Assembly: GCA_051546255.1 (NCBI GenBank)
Contig: CP128815.1
Coordinates: forward strand, 1,488,001 to 1,552,000
Direction of reading: 5' to 3'
Length of the DNA: 64,000 nucleotides
Source: Meyerozyma guilliermondii
Taxonomy: Eukaryota
Positions 1-10,349 of this stretch are shown here, one piece after another (position 1 is the first letter of the stretch; the number at the start of each line of letters is the position of its first letter). Under the pieces are notes generated by a model. The model saw only the letters and a list, made by a program, of their open reading frames with translations, searched no databases and was not told the origin of the DNA. The position numbers and the translations under genes are program-made.

Positions 1-898
1 CACCCAATATAAAGCAGGAGATCACCGCTCCTGATTTCCAGGGAAACTCAATGCCCCCAAAGGTGATGGCCAAGAGAATTAACACCAATCCGCTGCAAAG
101 AAGAAAGGTTCCAACGTAGTCTATAAGAGCCAACTTGGCTTTGAAATTTGACAGTGGTCTTGGGGGATGGAATCCAAGCATAAGCATCACTGCCGCAGCA
201 CCACCAATGGGAAGATTCACATAGAAGCACCATCTCCAAGAAACATGGGTTGCAAATGCTCCTCCGACAAATGGACCCACTACGCTTGCGACTGAGAAGG
301 TGACACCAATAAGTGCAAAAACCATGGAACGTTTGGAAATGGGAATGACTTCTGTCATTATCACCACAACCATGGCCTGAATTGCACCTCCTCCAATTCC
401 CTGGATGACTCGTCCACCTATTAACATGTTCATATTTTGTGCAAGTGCAGAGATCAACGATCCAATTTCAAACACCAAGATTCCCGCCATCATAGTTTGT
501 TTTCTTCCGAATGCAACAGATATCTTCCCGTAGGATGCAGCTAGACATGATGTGGGTAACAAGTACCCTGAGGTTAACCAACCAATTTTTTCGAAGGCTC
601 CAAATTTGTCACCAACTTGAGTGAGGATGGTAGTAATAATCGTCTGGTCCAATGCAACAATAAACAAAGTTATGACACAACTGAGAAGCGTCAAGAGAAG
701 TTTTATACCCGTCAAATGGTGTTCTACCGCCTGGGTTCCATCTCCCGCATTACTTTCGTAGTATTTTTGGCGTTCTGGTTCGGAAAGATTTTTGAGATGA
801 TCCGGATTTGATCCGTCTGAATTTCGGTCGTTCATTTTTTGTTCATCTGTGCCCATCAGCAGTCCCTCAGAGAGAAATTTTTCCTTCGGCGACTCCAT
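1..898 (-). CDS. SGE1: MFS drug:H+ antiporter, DHA2 (14-TMS) family, Sge1/Vba-like; 3' end runs off the window
   Basis: Absent from the ORF track because it has no stop in the window. Manual translation from ATG 898: MESPKEKF...HLTGIKLLLTLLSCVITLFIVALDQTIITTI...IGWLTSGYLLP...YGKISVAFGRK...LIGGRVIQGIGGG, typical DHA2 motifs. A second in-frame ATG lies at 856. The symbol is the nearest family label; orthology not tested. Confidence 0.88.
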   Translation of the reverse strand, partial: MESPKEKFLSEGLLMGTDEQKMNDRNSDGSNPDHLKNLSEPERQKYYESNAGDGTQAVEHHLTGIKLLLTLLSCVITLFIVALDQTIITTILTQVGDKFGAFEKIGWLTSGYLLPTSCLAASYGKISVAFGRKQTMMAGILVFEIGSLISALAQNMNMLIGGRVIQGIGGGAIQAMVVVIMTEVIPISKRSMVFALIGVTFSVASVVGPFVGGAFATHVSWRWCFYVNLPIGGAAAVMLMLGFHPPRPLSNFKAKLALIDYVGTFLLCSGLVLILLAITFGGIEFPWKSGAVISCFILG

Positions 899-1117
899 CT
901 TGCTCCAATTTGAAAAAAAAGAACTGAAACAAATGAGGCAAAAGAAGTAGCGCAAGTCATCAAAGCCGTATTCGGATGCGGCTGAAACCGTATGCACGTT
1001 TGACGTAAGCTGGGGTAAAAGCCAAGAACCGAAAAATGGGCCAATTTAGGGTGATTGCAAATTTAAAAAGTGTTGTTTTTATATATGTTACATGAGCTAG
1101 TAGGAATTGAAAATGCA

Positions 1118-3067
1118 CTAGTGACTCAAAAATTCCATAAAGTCCATTTCTTTTTCTTCTTTGGTTGCAGAAGATGTGCTTGTCCTTAAGGGTCTGCCGT
1201 ACTTGTAATTGGGCTTGAGTCCTGAATTATCTTGGCTTCCTAGTTCTTGATTCTCGTCAATTATGGGCTCGTTGGGGTCGACGGTACTCATTTGACGCGA
1301 TCGGTGTGACCTGTCAGAAGATATCAAGCTTCCCCGTCGATGATATCCATTGTAACTGGCAGGTATACCAACAGAATTTGACCCTTGGGAGTTTCTCCTA
1401 TTAAAATCAAGAGTGAATTTCTCGAGGCTGGCGGTGTAGGGCAGAATTGTATTTTCGCCCGATTCGTCAAGTAAAATATTGGAGAAATCATGACCGTCCA
1501 ATGGAGCTATTGGAGCGGACGATTTGACTATTTGCGCTGAACGCAGGTTATGTATGGAAGGACGCCGGAACCGGGCGTGAAGATAATGTTCCTGGAGTTT
1601 GGACATGTTTTCTGGCGTTGGTAATGTGAAAAATGGAAGGTGGAGCCGGGCCAAAATTCTGCGCCAACGAGGGTATGTGCTGTAATCGATCATACCGGCG
1701 CAGAGTGATTGTGATGTGAGCTTTGCACTGGTAGCCATTGAGCTCGAACTGTGGGTCAGGAAGACAGTTTGGTTCATATTCTGAACATACTCTTTTTCAA
1801 AGTTTCTCAAAATGGTATATTTCCATGGCTGCTCTCGATAGAAGAAAACCAAAGTATCCACAAACCCGTTGAGTGGTTGGAAGAATGCTCCCATACAATT
1901 GAGCCAGTAGATGGGGTGGTGGTGGAATTCATAGTTGACTTGGGTGGTTTGGAGAATGAATGGAAAAAGCCAAAGAGCCAAGTATGCAAAAGGGTATATG
2001 AAGATGGATTTCATTTGCTTTTCAATAGCTCTTTGACGTTTGCGAAAACTTTCCAAATTGGCTGCGTGTATATCGGGCTCGTTGGAAAAAGTAGCGCCAT
2101 TTTCTTCATCAGGAGTGATATCGTGAGACGACAGTTTTGGTGCATCGGCAGACACATTGGACTGCACTGCAGTCACCGGTTGAGATTCGTCTGGGAGGAC
2201 AAAAGAAGGTATTAAAGCATCTTTCACGGCTCTGAAAAAGTATTTGAGCGCTGAGTAAAAAGATGGTTTTTCATTGTTGAGTGCCAGACGAGTTCCATGT
2301 TGCATTCGCAGCCGATGGATGGTAGTGAAGACTCCACCAAGAGTACGGAATTCTCGTATTACATGAAAGTAGATAAAGGCATAGGCTCCCATAATGAAAA
2401 CGAAAATGATATAACGAGGAACCCAGCTCAAAACGAGTCGATACCAAACAGGTCGTTGAGGCAAGTAGCACCAGCATACGAACGAATTATAGCCTCCATT
2501 ACCGATATAAGCCAATGAGGCTAAAATCAAAGGAATGAGAAACGAGAGTCCGTATACGTAAAAACGAAATCGGTACAATCCTCCTTCGACTCCATTGGAC
2601 GTTTTCACCGATAAAGACGGCTTAAAAATTAAAAGAAATGTGTGGATAGCAAAAGCCAAAATCGCAAAGTCGGCACCTTCTATGGCGGTTGCTGTAAGAA
2701 ACCCTACCGCCTGACAAAATTTGTCGTTGTAGTAGGAATTGAAATGAGTCATGACTCTGGTCGGGTATAAAAGCAAAATGATGGCTTTGAGGAGGTCGAA
2801 AAGTAAGAGGAATGTAATGAGTTGGTGACGGAATATCAACCTTCGAGGATCGATGGCCAAAAACATGTATATGGCTCCCAAGCAAAATACTATCGATACT
2901 GTGGCCGACGACACCGAGAGTACTCGTTGAACCACCACTTGATGTCGAGTAAACTTATCGATCTGGTCAACCCTCTCTGCTCGAGCTGTCAATGCAAGTG
3001 AAGTACCTGCCGCTGCATGGTAAATTGTGTTGAGTAGACTTCCGGTCCCACTTCCGGTTTGTAACAT
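1118..3067 (-). CDS. GPR1: Glucose/nutrient-sensing GPCR (Gpr1/Git3 family), 649 aa
   Basis: Seven hydrophobic segments; motifs EGGLYRFR, WCYLPQRPVWYRLVLSWVPRY, IEKQMKSIFIYPFAY, PLNGFVDTLVFFYREQPW; long third loop and C-tail. First ATG is 3067 (the track start at 3079 is TTG). Confidence 0.93.
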   Translation of the reverse strand: MLQTGSGTGSLLNTIYHAAAGTSLALTARAERVDQIDKFTRHQVVVQRVLSVSSATVSIVFCLGAIYMFLAIDPRRLIFRHQLITFLLLFDLLKAIILLLYPTRVMTHFNSYYNDKFCQAVGFLTATAIEGADFAILAFAIHTFLLIFKPSLSVKTSNGVEGGLYRFRFYVYGLSFLIPLILASLAYIGNGGYNSFVCWCYLPQRPVWYRLVLSWVPRYIIFVFIMGAYAFIYFHVIREFRTLGGVFTTIHRLRMQHGTRLALNNEKPSFYSALKYFFRAVKDALIPSFVLPDESQPVTAVQSNVSADAPKLSSHDITPDEENGATFSNEPDIHAANLESFRKRQRAIEKQMKSIFIYPFAYLALWLFPFILQTTQVNYEFHHHPIYWLNCMGAFFQPLNGFVDTLVFFYREQPWKYTILRNFEKEYVQNMNQTVFLTHSSSSMATSAKLTSQSLCAGMIDYSTYPRWRRILARLHLPFFTLPTPENMSKLQEHYLHARFRRPSIHNLRSAQIVKSSAPIAPLDGHDFSNILLDESGENTILPYTASLEKFTLDFNRRNSQGSNSVGIPASYNGYHRRGSLISSDRSHRSRQMSTVDPNEPIIDENQELGSQDNSGLKPNYKYGRPLRTSTSSATKEEKEMDFMEFLSH

Positions 3068-3709
3068 GAGTGCGATCAATAAGGCACCAACAGTTTAGGA
3101 GGCAGTTCACTGGTGCGAAGTCGGTCTTATTTGCGGTATTAGGTATTAGGCCGAATCGAGATAGCCGAAAGAATGGGGGGGCGGGTGGTTATTTTTAAGT
3201 GGTTCTCGGACCCACCTGCACTGCGCACTCTTCGCTTTTACGCCCTTCCTGCATGTCACGGCCCCAGTGCATACTCGAGGGCCATTTTGGGTCGCAGCCA
3301 CATAACGTAAAAGGGGACATTAGACGGTGTAACTTGCAAGGAATAAGTTGCGAGAGAAGGATGTACCAAGAAACATAATTTTGTGGTGTTGTGTATTTTT
3401 TGTTTTTGGCGACTTAGGCGAATTTTAGCTTAGTATCCCAGAACAGAACTGTCATGCATCGGCCGCAGACTTCCGCTGCATGAATCGGGCGTAACCGTCG
3501 TGACCCGCGCATACGACGAACTGGGTCATGTCATGAAATACGATAGAAGCAAAAGTATAGAGAACGGTTCTGTTATAGTTGCTACAGACGTAGTGGCTTC
3601 CACCAGTTTTATGGGCTATTTTATGGGCTATTCTACTCTCCTACCATAACTCAGAAGTCCGACATGAAACGGCTGAGATTGGTGCAGTACATAGGTCCAG
3701 AATATACTT

Positions 3710-4693
3710 TCACAACAAGAATGCAACCGCTACGGCAATTCCAGCCAAGCCAGTTCCGTATGAAGTAGCACCAAATCCGCTATCCTTGGAAGAAGATTTG
3801 GAAGTTGGTTGAGCACTTGAAGTCGAGTTGCGGGAACCAGCTCCAGCTCCAGCTCCAGCTGCGGAACTGGCCTTGGAACTAGCACCTGTGCTGCTCTTGG
3901 ATCCAGATCCAGAGCCTCCAGAGCTGTGTGCACTGGTTATGGAACCAGAAGCAGCACTTGAAGCTTTGCTGGAAGCAGCACTAGAAGCATTACTGGAAGC
4001 ACCAGCAGAACTAGAAGCACCAGCAACTTTACTTGAAGCACCAGATGCCTTGCTAGACACACCAGAAGCTTTCGAAGCTTGACTGGATGCCCCAGAAGAA
4101 GCTGCAGTAGCGGCACCGCCAGCACCAGCACCAGTTTTGGAGCCAGTTTTGGAGCCAGCAGATGCACTTGTAGATGCACCTCTTGCTGAAGACGCAGTGG
4201 TTGCAGCAGCAGCTGCAGTAGCAGAACCTGAGTTTGCTGACGATTTTGCGGCATTGCCAATTGCACCACTTCCACTGGGAGAAGTGCCCAGTCCAGAACC
4301 GCTAACCAGAAGCACCACCTGTGATCCTCCGTCACAGAAGAATGTTTGCAACGTATAGCCGTTGCCACTAGGACAAGCGTAGAACTTTCTTCTGTCGTCG
4401 GCACTATTGAAACGAACCTCATTGTTCTCAATACCCCAATCTTTACTGGCTTGATCATGATCAGAAACCAACACAATTCCCTCAGGAGTATTGGCCACAT
4501 ATTGACCTTGAACCGTCATGAAACCACTTGGTTCTTGCAAATTGAACAGTGCTCTATTGCCCTTGTTGACAGTTATCTTGCCATTGTCATAAGTAACAGG
4601 ACCATTGACAGAGCCACCTTGAGCCACGGCCTGAAAGATCTGGTCAGCAGAGACACAGGCTGCTAATGCAAGAAAAAGTTGAATCGAGAGCAT
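3710..4693 (-). CDS. GPI-anchored Ser/Ala/Gly-rich cell-wall protein, 327 aa
   Basis: Signal peptide MLSIQLFLALAACVSA; ~120-aa beta-type N-domain with FYACPSG...C; long S/A/G low-complexity stalk; hydrophobic C-terminal GPI signal (GLAGIAVAVAFLL). Confidence 0.85.
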   Translation of the reverse strand: MLSIQLFLALAACVSADQIFQAVAQGGSVNGPVTYDNGKITVNKGNRALFNLQEPSGFMTVQGQYVANTPEGIVLVSDHDQASKDWGIENNEVRFNSADDRRKFYACPSGNGYTLQTFFCDGGSQVVLLVSGSGLGTSPSGSGAIGNAAKSSANSGSATAAAAATTASSARGASTSASAGSKTGSKTGAGAGGAATAASSGASSQASKASGVSSKASGASSKVAGASSSAGASSNASSAASSKASSAASGSITSAHSSGGSGSGSKSSTGASSKASSAAGAGAGAGSRNSTSSAQPTSKSSSKDSGFGATSYGTGLAGIAVAVAFLL

Positions 4694-5229
4694 TTTTTTA
4701 TTTTGCAAATCTTTATTTAGGTTTAAGTTTGAAATTTCGCGCAGCTATGGCAACTCGCGCTATTTATGTCGAACCCGCCGACCGCTTAACCGCTGAGCCG
4801 CATACACGTCAATTGGTCAGTTCCTGTATGTGGAATGCCAAGTGCAACTTCTTAAAATAGGCATGACTCCACAGCCACGAAAATACCTCAGACATTCCAC
4901 ACAAGCCACCAGTATTTTTGTCATCTGTGAATGGTGGCTTGGCTCTTGTCTCGTTCTTGTATTGGCCCTTTTCGGTGCACTAATACCTTCCCTGCAATTG
5001 TGCCCTGGCCCAAAAGAACATAAATCGTGCAGGGTCTCTTACGTAATTGTGCGCGATCGCGCATTGTCGATGGCACGGCTCAACTGTGGAGGCAGAACAC
5101 CTGAAACAAAGGCACGATTATGAGCGTGGTTAATGTTTGAAATGGCTAATCCTCAATTGTTCGTGTGCATTTGCATTAGTAGGCCTGCATCTATATTAAG
5201 CTATTTTAAGAATGCTATTAACGATGAGT

Positions 5230-7014
5230 TTAACGAATCTCACTACCAAAGATGATTGTAAAAAACTTTTCGTGCCACTTGAGCTTGACATTGCCGTTGG
5301 AGTCAACCAGTCTCGTTTCTGCCAATTGATTATAAAACTGTTGCTCGTGTAATTCCACCTCTTTTAAACCTGTTACGAGGTCCACGAGTTTGGGGTCGCG
5401 CCATTTGGTTCTTCTTATCAATTTCCAAGAAACAAAAATAGCAATATTGATGAAAATGAACAAGTACGAAAACAAGAATGACTTGATGTCCCATGCTCCC
5501 GGCAAGAAAACAGGGTAAGAACTGACGAAAATCATTACAAATGCTGATACCCCACCAAAGATTCCAAGCCAAGGTTGGTACCAGGTTTTGAACGGAAGTG
5601 TATCTCTGTCAATGCCCTGAGCTTGTAATGCTCTGTAGAAAGAAACGTAGACAACACAAAGAATCGTAAAGTTCATCAATTGACACGAAGTGATGATATT
5701 GATAATCCAGTCAAGAACAACCTTGGACAGCTCTCCCAATTGCAAGAAAGAAAGCAATGCCCACAAGAGAGAGATGATGACACAGTACATAGGGATACCT
5801 GTTTTCGTGGTAGCTGTCAAAATTTTGGGTGCATATCCATCAAGGGCCACACCATATAATGTTCTTGATGAGCAATAAGTATACGAATTACCAGCAGAAA
5901 AAGCTGCTGTAACCAACAATCCGTTCATGATATGAGGAAGGACCTTGATTTTCAAGTTGCTCATGGCAATAACGTAAGGCGAACCTCCAGCTCCTGGGGC
6001 ACTTCCACCCATGGTGCTCACCAATTGAGGATCGTTATAAGGAATTAAAACTCCTACACAGAGAGAACCTCCAATAAAAAAGATGGATAATCTGATGAAA
6101 ACCTGCTTGAAGGCCGAGGGTAACGTTTTGCGAGGATTAATGGTTTCAGATGCAACCGTAGCAATATACTCGGGACCGGCAAACGTAAAACAGGCTTGGA
6201 TTAAACATGCGAGAAATCCTTCAAATCGACCAAGATCTCCAGTAGCAATCCATTCATTCATGGGGCCGGGGTTTTTCCAGTAGCGGAACCCAAACGCATC
6301 GTGTTGCGGGTTTCCACCTACCATGGTGACAAAGGTGAAAATTATCAAACCAGTTGCCAAAATAACTTTTCCCAACGAGAGCCAGAATTCGGTTTCTCCA
6401 TAGATAGCCACGCCAAAGACATTTATAAGAAAGTACAACGCCATCTGGATGGCTAGCGGGATTGCAGCCGAGTAGTCATCACGCCAAAAATGGATAATAG
6501 AGTTGACTGTTACCACTTCGAATGGAATTTGGGCACAACACAAGAACCAGAAATTCCAAGCGGTGGTGATTTCAAGTGCTTCGTCACAACACCGGCCCGC
6601 CAATCTCACAAAGGGAGAAGTAATGGGTAAATATGTCACCATTTCAGCCGTAGACATGGTAATACACAAGATGGGAATTGACCAGACCACGAACGCCAAG
6701 AACAAATTCAAAGGTCCACCTTTTGCTAACGCCTTACCGATGGCTACGAACAACGCCAGGCCAATTGTGGCACCAATTCCTAATAATTGGACATGTCTGC
6801 CTCTCAAAGACCGATGTAAAGCATTGCCAGAGTCAGCCGTAGAACTGGTAATTCCACTATAAACCGAACCGGTATCCTTCTCCTTGTCACCTTGCAACTG
6901 TTCTTGGCCACTGGGCACGAGCTGAACCACCCCTGAATCCGTGGCGTCGTTGGAAGTGGAGGGTTTGGGAATATGGGGCACAAAATTATCGTGAAGAAAT
7001 GAAACAAATGTCAT
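5230..7014 (-). CDS. AGP2: Amino-acid permease (APC/YAT family), Agp2-like, 594 aa
   Basis: LHRSLRGRHVQLLGIGATIG(S)ALFVAIGKAL, YGETEFW, FRYWKNPG, GPEY, SPYVIAM, SAGNSYTYCSSRTLY; multiple TM segments. Confidence 0.82.
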   Translation of the reverse strand: MTFVSFLHDNFVPHIPKPSTSNDATDSGVVQLVPSGQEQLQGDKEKDTGSVYSGITSSTADSGNALHRSLRGRHVQLLGIGATIGLALFVAIGKALAKGGPLNLFLAFVVWSIPILCITMSTAEMVTYLPITSPFVRLAGRCCDEALEITTAWNFWFLCCAQIPFEVVTVNSIIHFWRDDYSAAIPLAIQMALYFLINVFGVAIYGETEFWLSLGKVILATGLIIFTFVTMVGGNPQHDAFGFRYWKNPGPMNEWIATGDLGRFEGFLACLIQACFTFAGPEYIATVASETINPRKTLPSAFKQVFIRLSIFFIGGSLCVGVLIPYNDPQLVSTMGGSAPGAGGSPYVIAMSNLKIKVLPHIMNGLLVTAAFSAGNSYTYCSSRTLYGVALDGYAPKILTATTKTGIPMYCVIISLLWALLSFLQLGELSKVVLDWIINIITSCQLMNFTILCVVYVSFYRALQAQGIDRDTLPFKTWYQPWLGIFGGVSAFVMIFVSSYPVFLPGAWDIKSFLFSYLFIFINIAIFVSWKLIRRTKWRDPKLVDLVTGLKEVELHEQQFYNQLAETRLVDSNGNVKLKWHEKFFTIIFGSEIR

Positions 7015-7555
7015 AATGAATGTTATAATAAATTAAGCATGCAATGAGGGCCCTCGGTGAAAGAGCGAAAAGTGGCTAGCGTCCAGAATTTCAATCAATT
7101 AATTTTGTAGAAATGTTAAGCCCTATAAATATTTTCAAAGAAATCAAAACCTGACAGTGAGAAAAAAAAAATCAGAAAAAAAAAATTCGGGGCGAATGAA
7201 AAATTGTGGGGGAACACCCTAAACCGGAAAATTACGACGGCGAAAAATATTTCTCATGTACCAGTGACCGTGGCTCCAAAACAAGCCCCAATATCATATA
7301 TTTGTAAACTTTGACCTGTAAACTTTTACGGTATAGACTTCGACTCGAAAACGTTATATCATCTGGGGCGCTAATATGACGTAATCGGACCACCGGCACC
7401 GCTATTGGTGGGCGATTGGTGGACTGCGCCAAAGTTGGCGTGGTGATTACATAAGTAGACATAATAATTATCTTGGCAAAAAATGAATTTGCACCCAGAA
7501 ACAAAGTGTCGTATATTTCGATAAACAACTTTTGATTACATTTTGGTTTGCTATT

Positions 7556-8182
7556 CTAGCAGAACATCATTCCCAATGCAACAGCAAAGGCTCCCAAGGT
7601 AAATCCGGCGGAATTGGTAGAAGCGCCATTGGTTTCTGAAACAGACTCAGTAGAGGTGGAGTTGTTATTTGAACCTTTATTTTCTTGCGTAATATTGGCA
7701 CATGCAATTCTCGAGTTGTTCAGGAAGTGGACCACCACAGATCTTCCTCCAATGAAGGCTGGACTATCAGAATTCAATGAAAGGTACTCGTCAATGTAGG
7801 TAATGTCATCGGAAGGAGCAGTAAGGTTTCCGTGTCTACGAGCCAAATCTCCCACCTCGGTATCGTCGAGGGTTGTTGCTGTAGAGCTGCCATTGTAGGG
7901 GTTCAAGTGCAATTTTGTGCCCATACAGTCACCATTGGAAGGTACTGGGAGCTCATGAACGTGGTATGGAAATGGGCCTCCAGTTTCTGGAAGTCCTTCC
8001 AATTTAACAGAGACAGAAACACTTCCATTGCTGGTTCCAGCAAACTCAACTTGTCCTTGAAGCTTGTTGTCAAACTTAGCAACGTATTTGGCACCTTCTG
8101 GCGAGTCGTTGGCTTTTTGCAACTTTGCGAAAGCTGCGGTTGCGAAAAATACACCTGAGAGTATTTGGTTGAAATGAACCAT
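7556..8182 (-). CDS. Extracellular GPI-anchored Cu-only superoxide dismutase (Sod4/Sod5-like), 208 aa
   Basis: Signal peptide from ATG 8182 (MVHFNQIL...); GGPFPYHVHE, C..TKLHLNPY, EVGDL, RSVVVH...RIACANI. Lacks the Zn-ligand His pair and the electrostatic loop of Sod1. S/T/N-rich tail plus hydrophobic GPI signal. Confidence 0.9.
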   Translation of the reverse strand: MVHFNQILSGVFFATAAFAKLQKANDSPEGAKYVAKFDNKLQGQVEFAGTSNGSVSVSVKLEGLPETGGPFPYHVHELPVPSNGDCMGTKLHLNPYNGSSTATTLDDTEVGDLARRHGNLTAPSDDITYIDEYLSLNSDSPAFIGGRSVVVHFLNNSRIACANITQENKGSNNNSTSTESVSETNGASTNSAGFTLGAFAVALGMMFC

Positions 8183-8580
8183 AATTTTGTCTACCACAAA
8201 CAAAAATGGTACCCCGAACTTATATACTACAGCCGGACCGAAACGGGCCCGGGAATCAAAATTTCCAATTGAAAACAGCAATTGAAACAATAGGCAGTTG
8301 CAGCGACATGCATGAGGTGTTGCATAGAGATTTTCGAGATAACTCCAAAAGGAAACTATAGCCACGAGTGCCGGGTAAATTGTCGTTTAACGCCCAATGC
8401 CGGCGCCAAAACCGACTATATTCTTGTTACATTGGGAAGAGTAACCTGCACGTGTAAAAATTGCCCCTGAGCCAAAAAAACAATTATATTTTATGACATT
8501 TGGCTAACATTTGCACCATCATGAAATAGTGCGAAATCGATGGCCTTTTATAGACCTTGCAGATCTAAGATTTTGGTACA

Positions 8581-8631
8581 ATTATTGCTCAATCTGTGAG
8601 AAAACTGCTCAAAATTGCTCAAATTTGCTCG
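8581..8631. promoter_or_regulatory. Four TGCTC-core motifs in 10-bp phase, resembling Mac1 copper-response elements
   Basis: ATTATTGCTC (8581), AAAACTGCTC (8601), AAAATTGCTC (8611), AAATTTGCTC-G (8621). The last gives TTTGCTCG, matching the CuRE consensus TTTGC(T/G)C(A/G). Lies in the divergent SOD/lipase promoter. Confidence 0.45.
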
Positions 8632-8828
8632 TGTTTTTCAGTGCAACTGCAATTGATCTAAATGCTCGTTACTATGAGCCCCGTTCTCCGCTTTTGCGAG
8701 ACCGGCATTAACTGGTGCATTGGATGAACTTGGTTCATTTTTTTGGTGTACTAATTTTTGGCGGGCTGGTTTGTTTCCTGCAGTACGATCCTCATGTGAT
8801 TCTGAAAACCAGCTGCAAACGAGCAACC

Positions 8829-10349
8829 ATGTATATCCCACTTTTAGGAAGAATATCAATATTGGAATGGCCGGTGATTATTATATCGTTTATTCTATCA
8901 TGGCTCGAGTATGTCGTATCCACAATTACAAACATTCTTCCTCGAGAAGTGATCGATTTTTTTACAGCTACCGTTTCGTTGTTATATAAATTGACACCAA
9001 ATCCCATAACTTTAATACTGTCTTCCCAAAAAGAATCGAGAGATGGTCAGGTATCATACAAATACTTCTATAAGCGTGCACCTGCGGTCCATAAAGGAGA
9101 ACATGAACGAATGGTGGATATTCTTAATGCTGCGGACGTGCAAGAAATGTGTCAAATCCATGGTTATGACGTGGAAAACCGCATAGTTCGTACGAAGGAT
9201 GACTACTTGTTGACCATCCAGCGGATAATCAAACCTGGGGAGCCCAAAAGAAGGTCGAATGGAAGGGTGGTATACTTCCACCATGGACTATTAATGAGCT
9301 GTGAAGTATGGGTTACCATGGTTCAGACCCACCAAAACTTGCCGTTTTTGCTTTATGATTTGGGGTATGATGTGTGGTTGGGCAACAATCGAGGAAACAA
9401 GTATTGTCAGAAACATTTAATTTTCCCCATCAAATCGGAACGATTCTGGAATTTTTCCATCGATGAATTTGCCATGTTCGATATTCCCAATTCCATCGAC
9501 TACATCCTCAACGAGACAGGTGCAAAGACCCTCACGTATATTGGCTTCTCTCAGGGAACAGCCCAAGCTTTTGCTGCCGTTTCGATCAACCCAGATTTGA
9601 ACAAGAAAGTGGAACAAATCATTGCAATATCCCCTGCTACAACACCACATGGCCTCTATTCACGGTTCCTTGATATCCTCCTCAAATCGTCACCAAATAT
9701 TGTGTATCTCTTGTTTTCAAGAAAAACGCTTATGCCATCAGTATTCTTTTGGCAACAAATCATGTATCCGCCATTTTTTGACACAATGATCGACATATCC
9801 AACTATATCTTGTTCAACTGGAGGGCACATAACATTACCAAGCTTCAAAAGCTCTGTTCTTACGCACACTTGTACTCGACAACTTCGGTGAAAACTGTGG
9901 TTCATTGGTTCCAAATCATCGGCTCAAAGAAATTTCACATGTACCGAGACAACGCATCGACAATTGGCGGATCCACCTCGATAACGTACCCGCTCAAAAG
10001 CATAAAAATACCGATTCATTTGATATACGGAACCACAGATTCACTAGTCGATATCGATGTGATGTTGAGCCAGCTTCCCAATGAAAATACCACTGCGCAG
10101 CCCGTAGAAAACCACGAACATTTGGACAACATATGGGGTTACGATGTCAAGCAAAAAGTGTTTACTCATGTTTTGAATTACCTTGACGAGGCTTTACACG
10201 CATCACCTCCACTGCCCGTAGAACGTATTGAGCAGTCGTATTTAAAGGCAATTGGAAGTGGAGATGAATCTTCTACGCTTCACAATGATATCAAAGAGGT
10301 GGAATTGAGCTACCGAAAGCCGTCTGCGAGTGGATCATTGTTTCTTTAG
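8829..10349 (+). CDS. TGL1: Steryl-ester/triglyceride lipase (Tgl1/Yeh family, AB hydrolase), 506 aa
   Basis: VRTKDDYLLTIQRI, HHGLLMSCEVW, GYDVWLGNNRGNKY, FWNFSIDEFAMFDIP, nucleophile motif GFSQG, HEHLD; N-terminal TM anchor. First ATG 8829. Confidence 0.9.
   Translation: MYIPLLGRISILEWPVIIISFILSWLEYVVSTITNILPREVIDFFTATVSLLYKLTPNPITLILSSQKESRDGQVSYKYFYKRAPAVHKGEHERMVDILNAADVQEMCQIHGYDVENRIVRTKDDYLLTIQRIIKPGEPKRRSNGRVVYFHHGLLMSCEVWVTMVQTHQNLPFLLYDLGYDVWLGNNRGNKYCQKHLIFPIKSERFWNFSIDEFAMFDIPNSIDYILNETGAKTLTYIGFSQGTAQAFAAVSINPDLNKKVEQIIAISPATTPHGLYSRFLDILLKSSPNIVYLLFSRKTLMPSVFFWQQIMYPPFFDTMIDISNYILFNWRAHNITKLQKLCSYAHLYSTTSVKTVVHWFQIIGSKKFHMYRDNASTIGGSTSITYPLKSIKIPIHLIYGTTDSLVDIDVMLSQLPNENTTAQPVENHEHLDNIWGYDVKQKVFTHVLNYLDEALHASPPLPVERIEQSYLKAIGSGDESSTLHNDIKEVELSYRKPSASGSLFL

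Noticed and set aside
3607..3632. Tandem duplication of TTTTATGGGCTA
   Set aside because: Two-copy 12-bp slippage repeat in a 3' flank with no functional hint.
3730..4666. Several 67-187 aa alternate-frame and antisense ORFs over the wall-protein gene
   Set aside because: Expected from stop-poor GCT/TCT/GGT low-complexity codons; no motifs.
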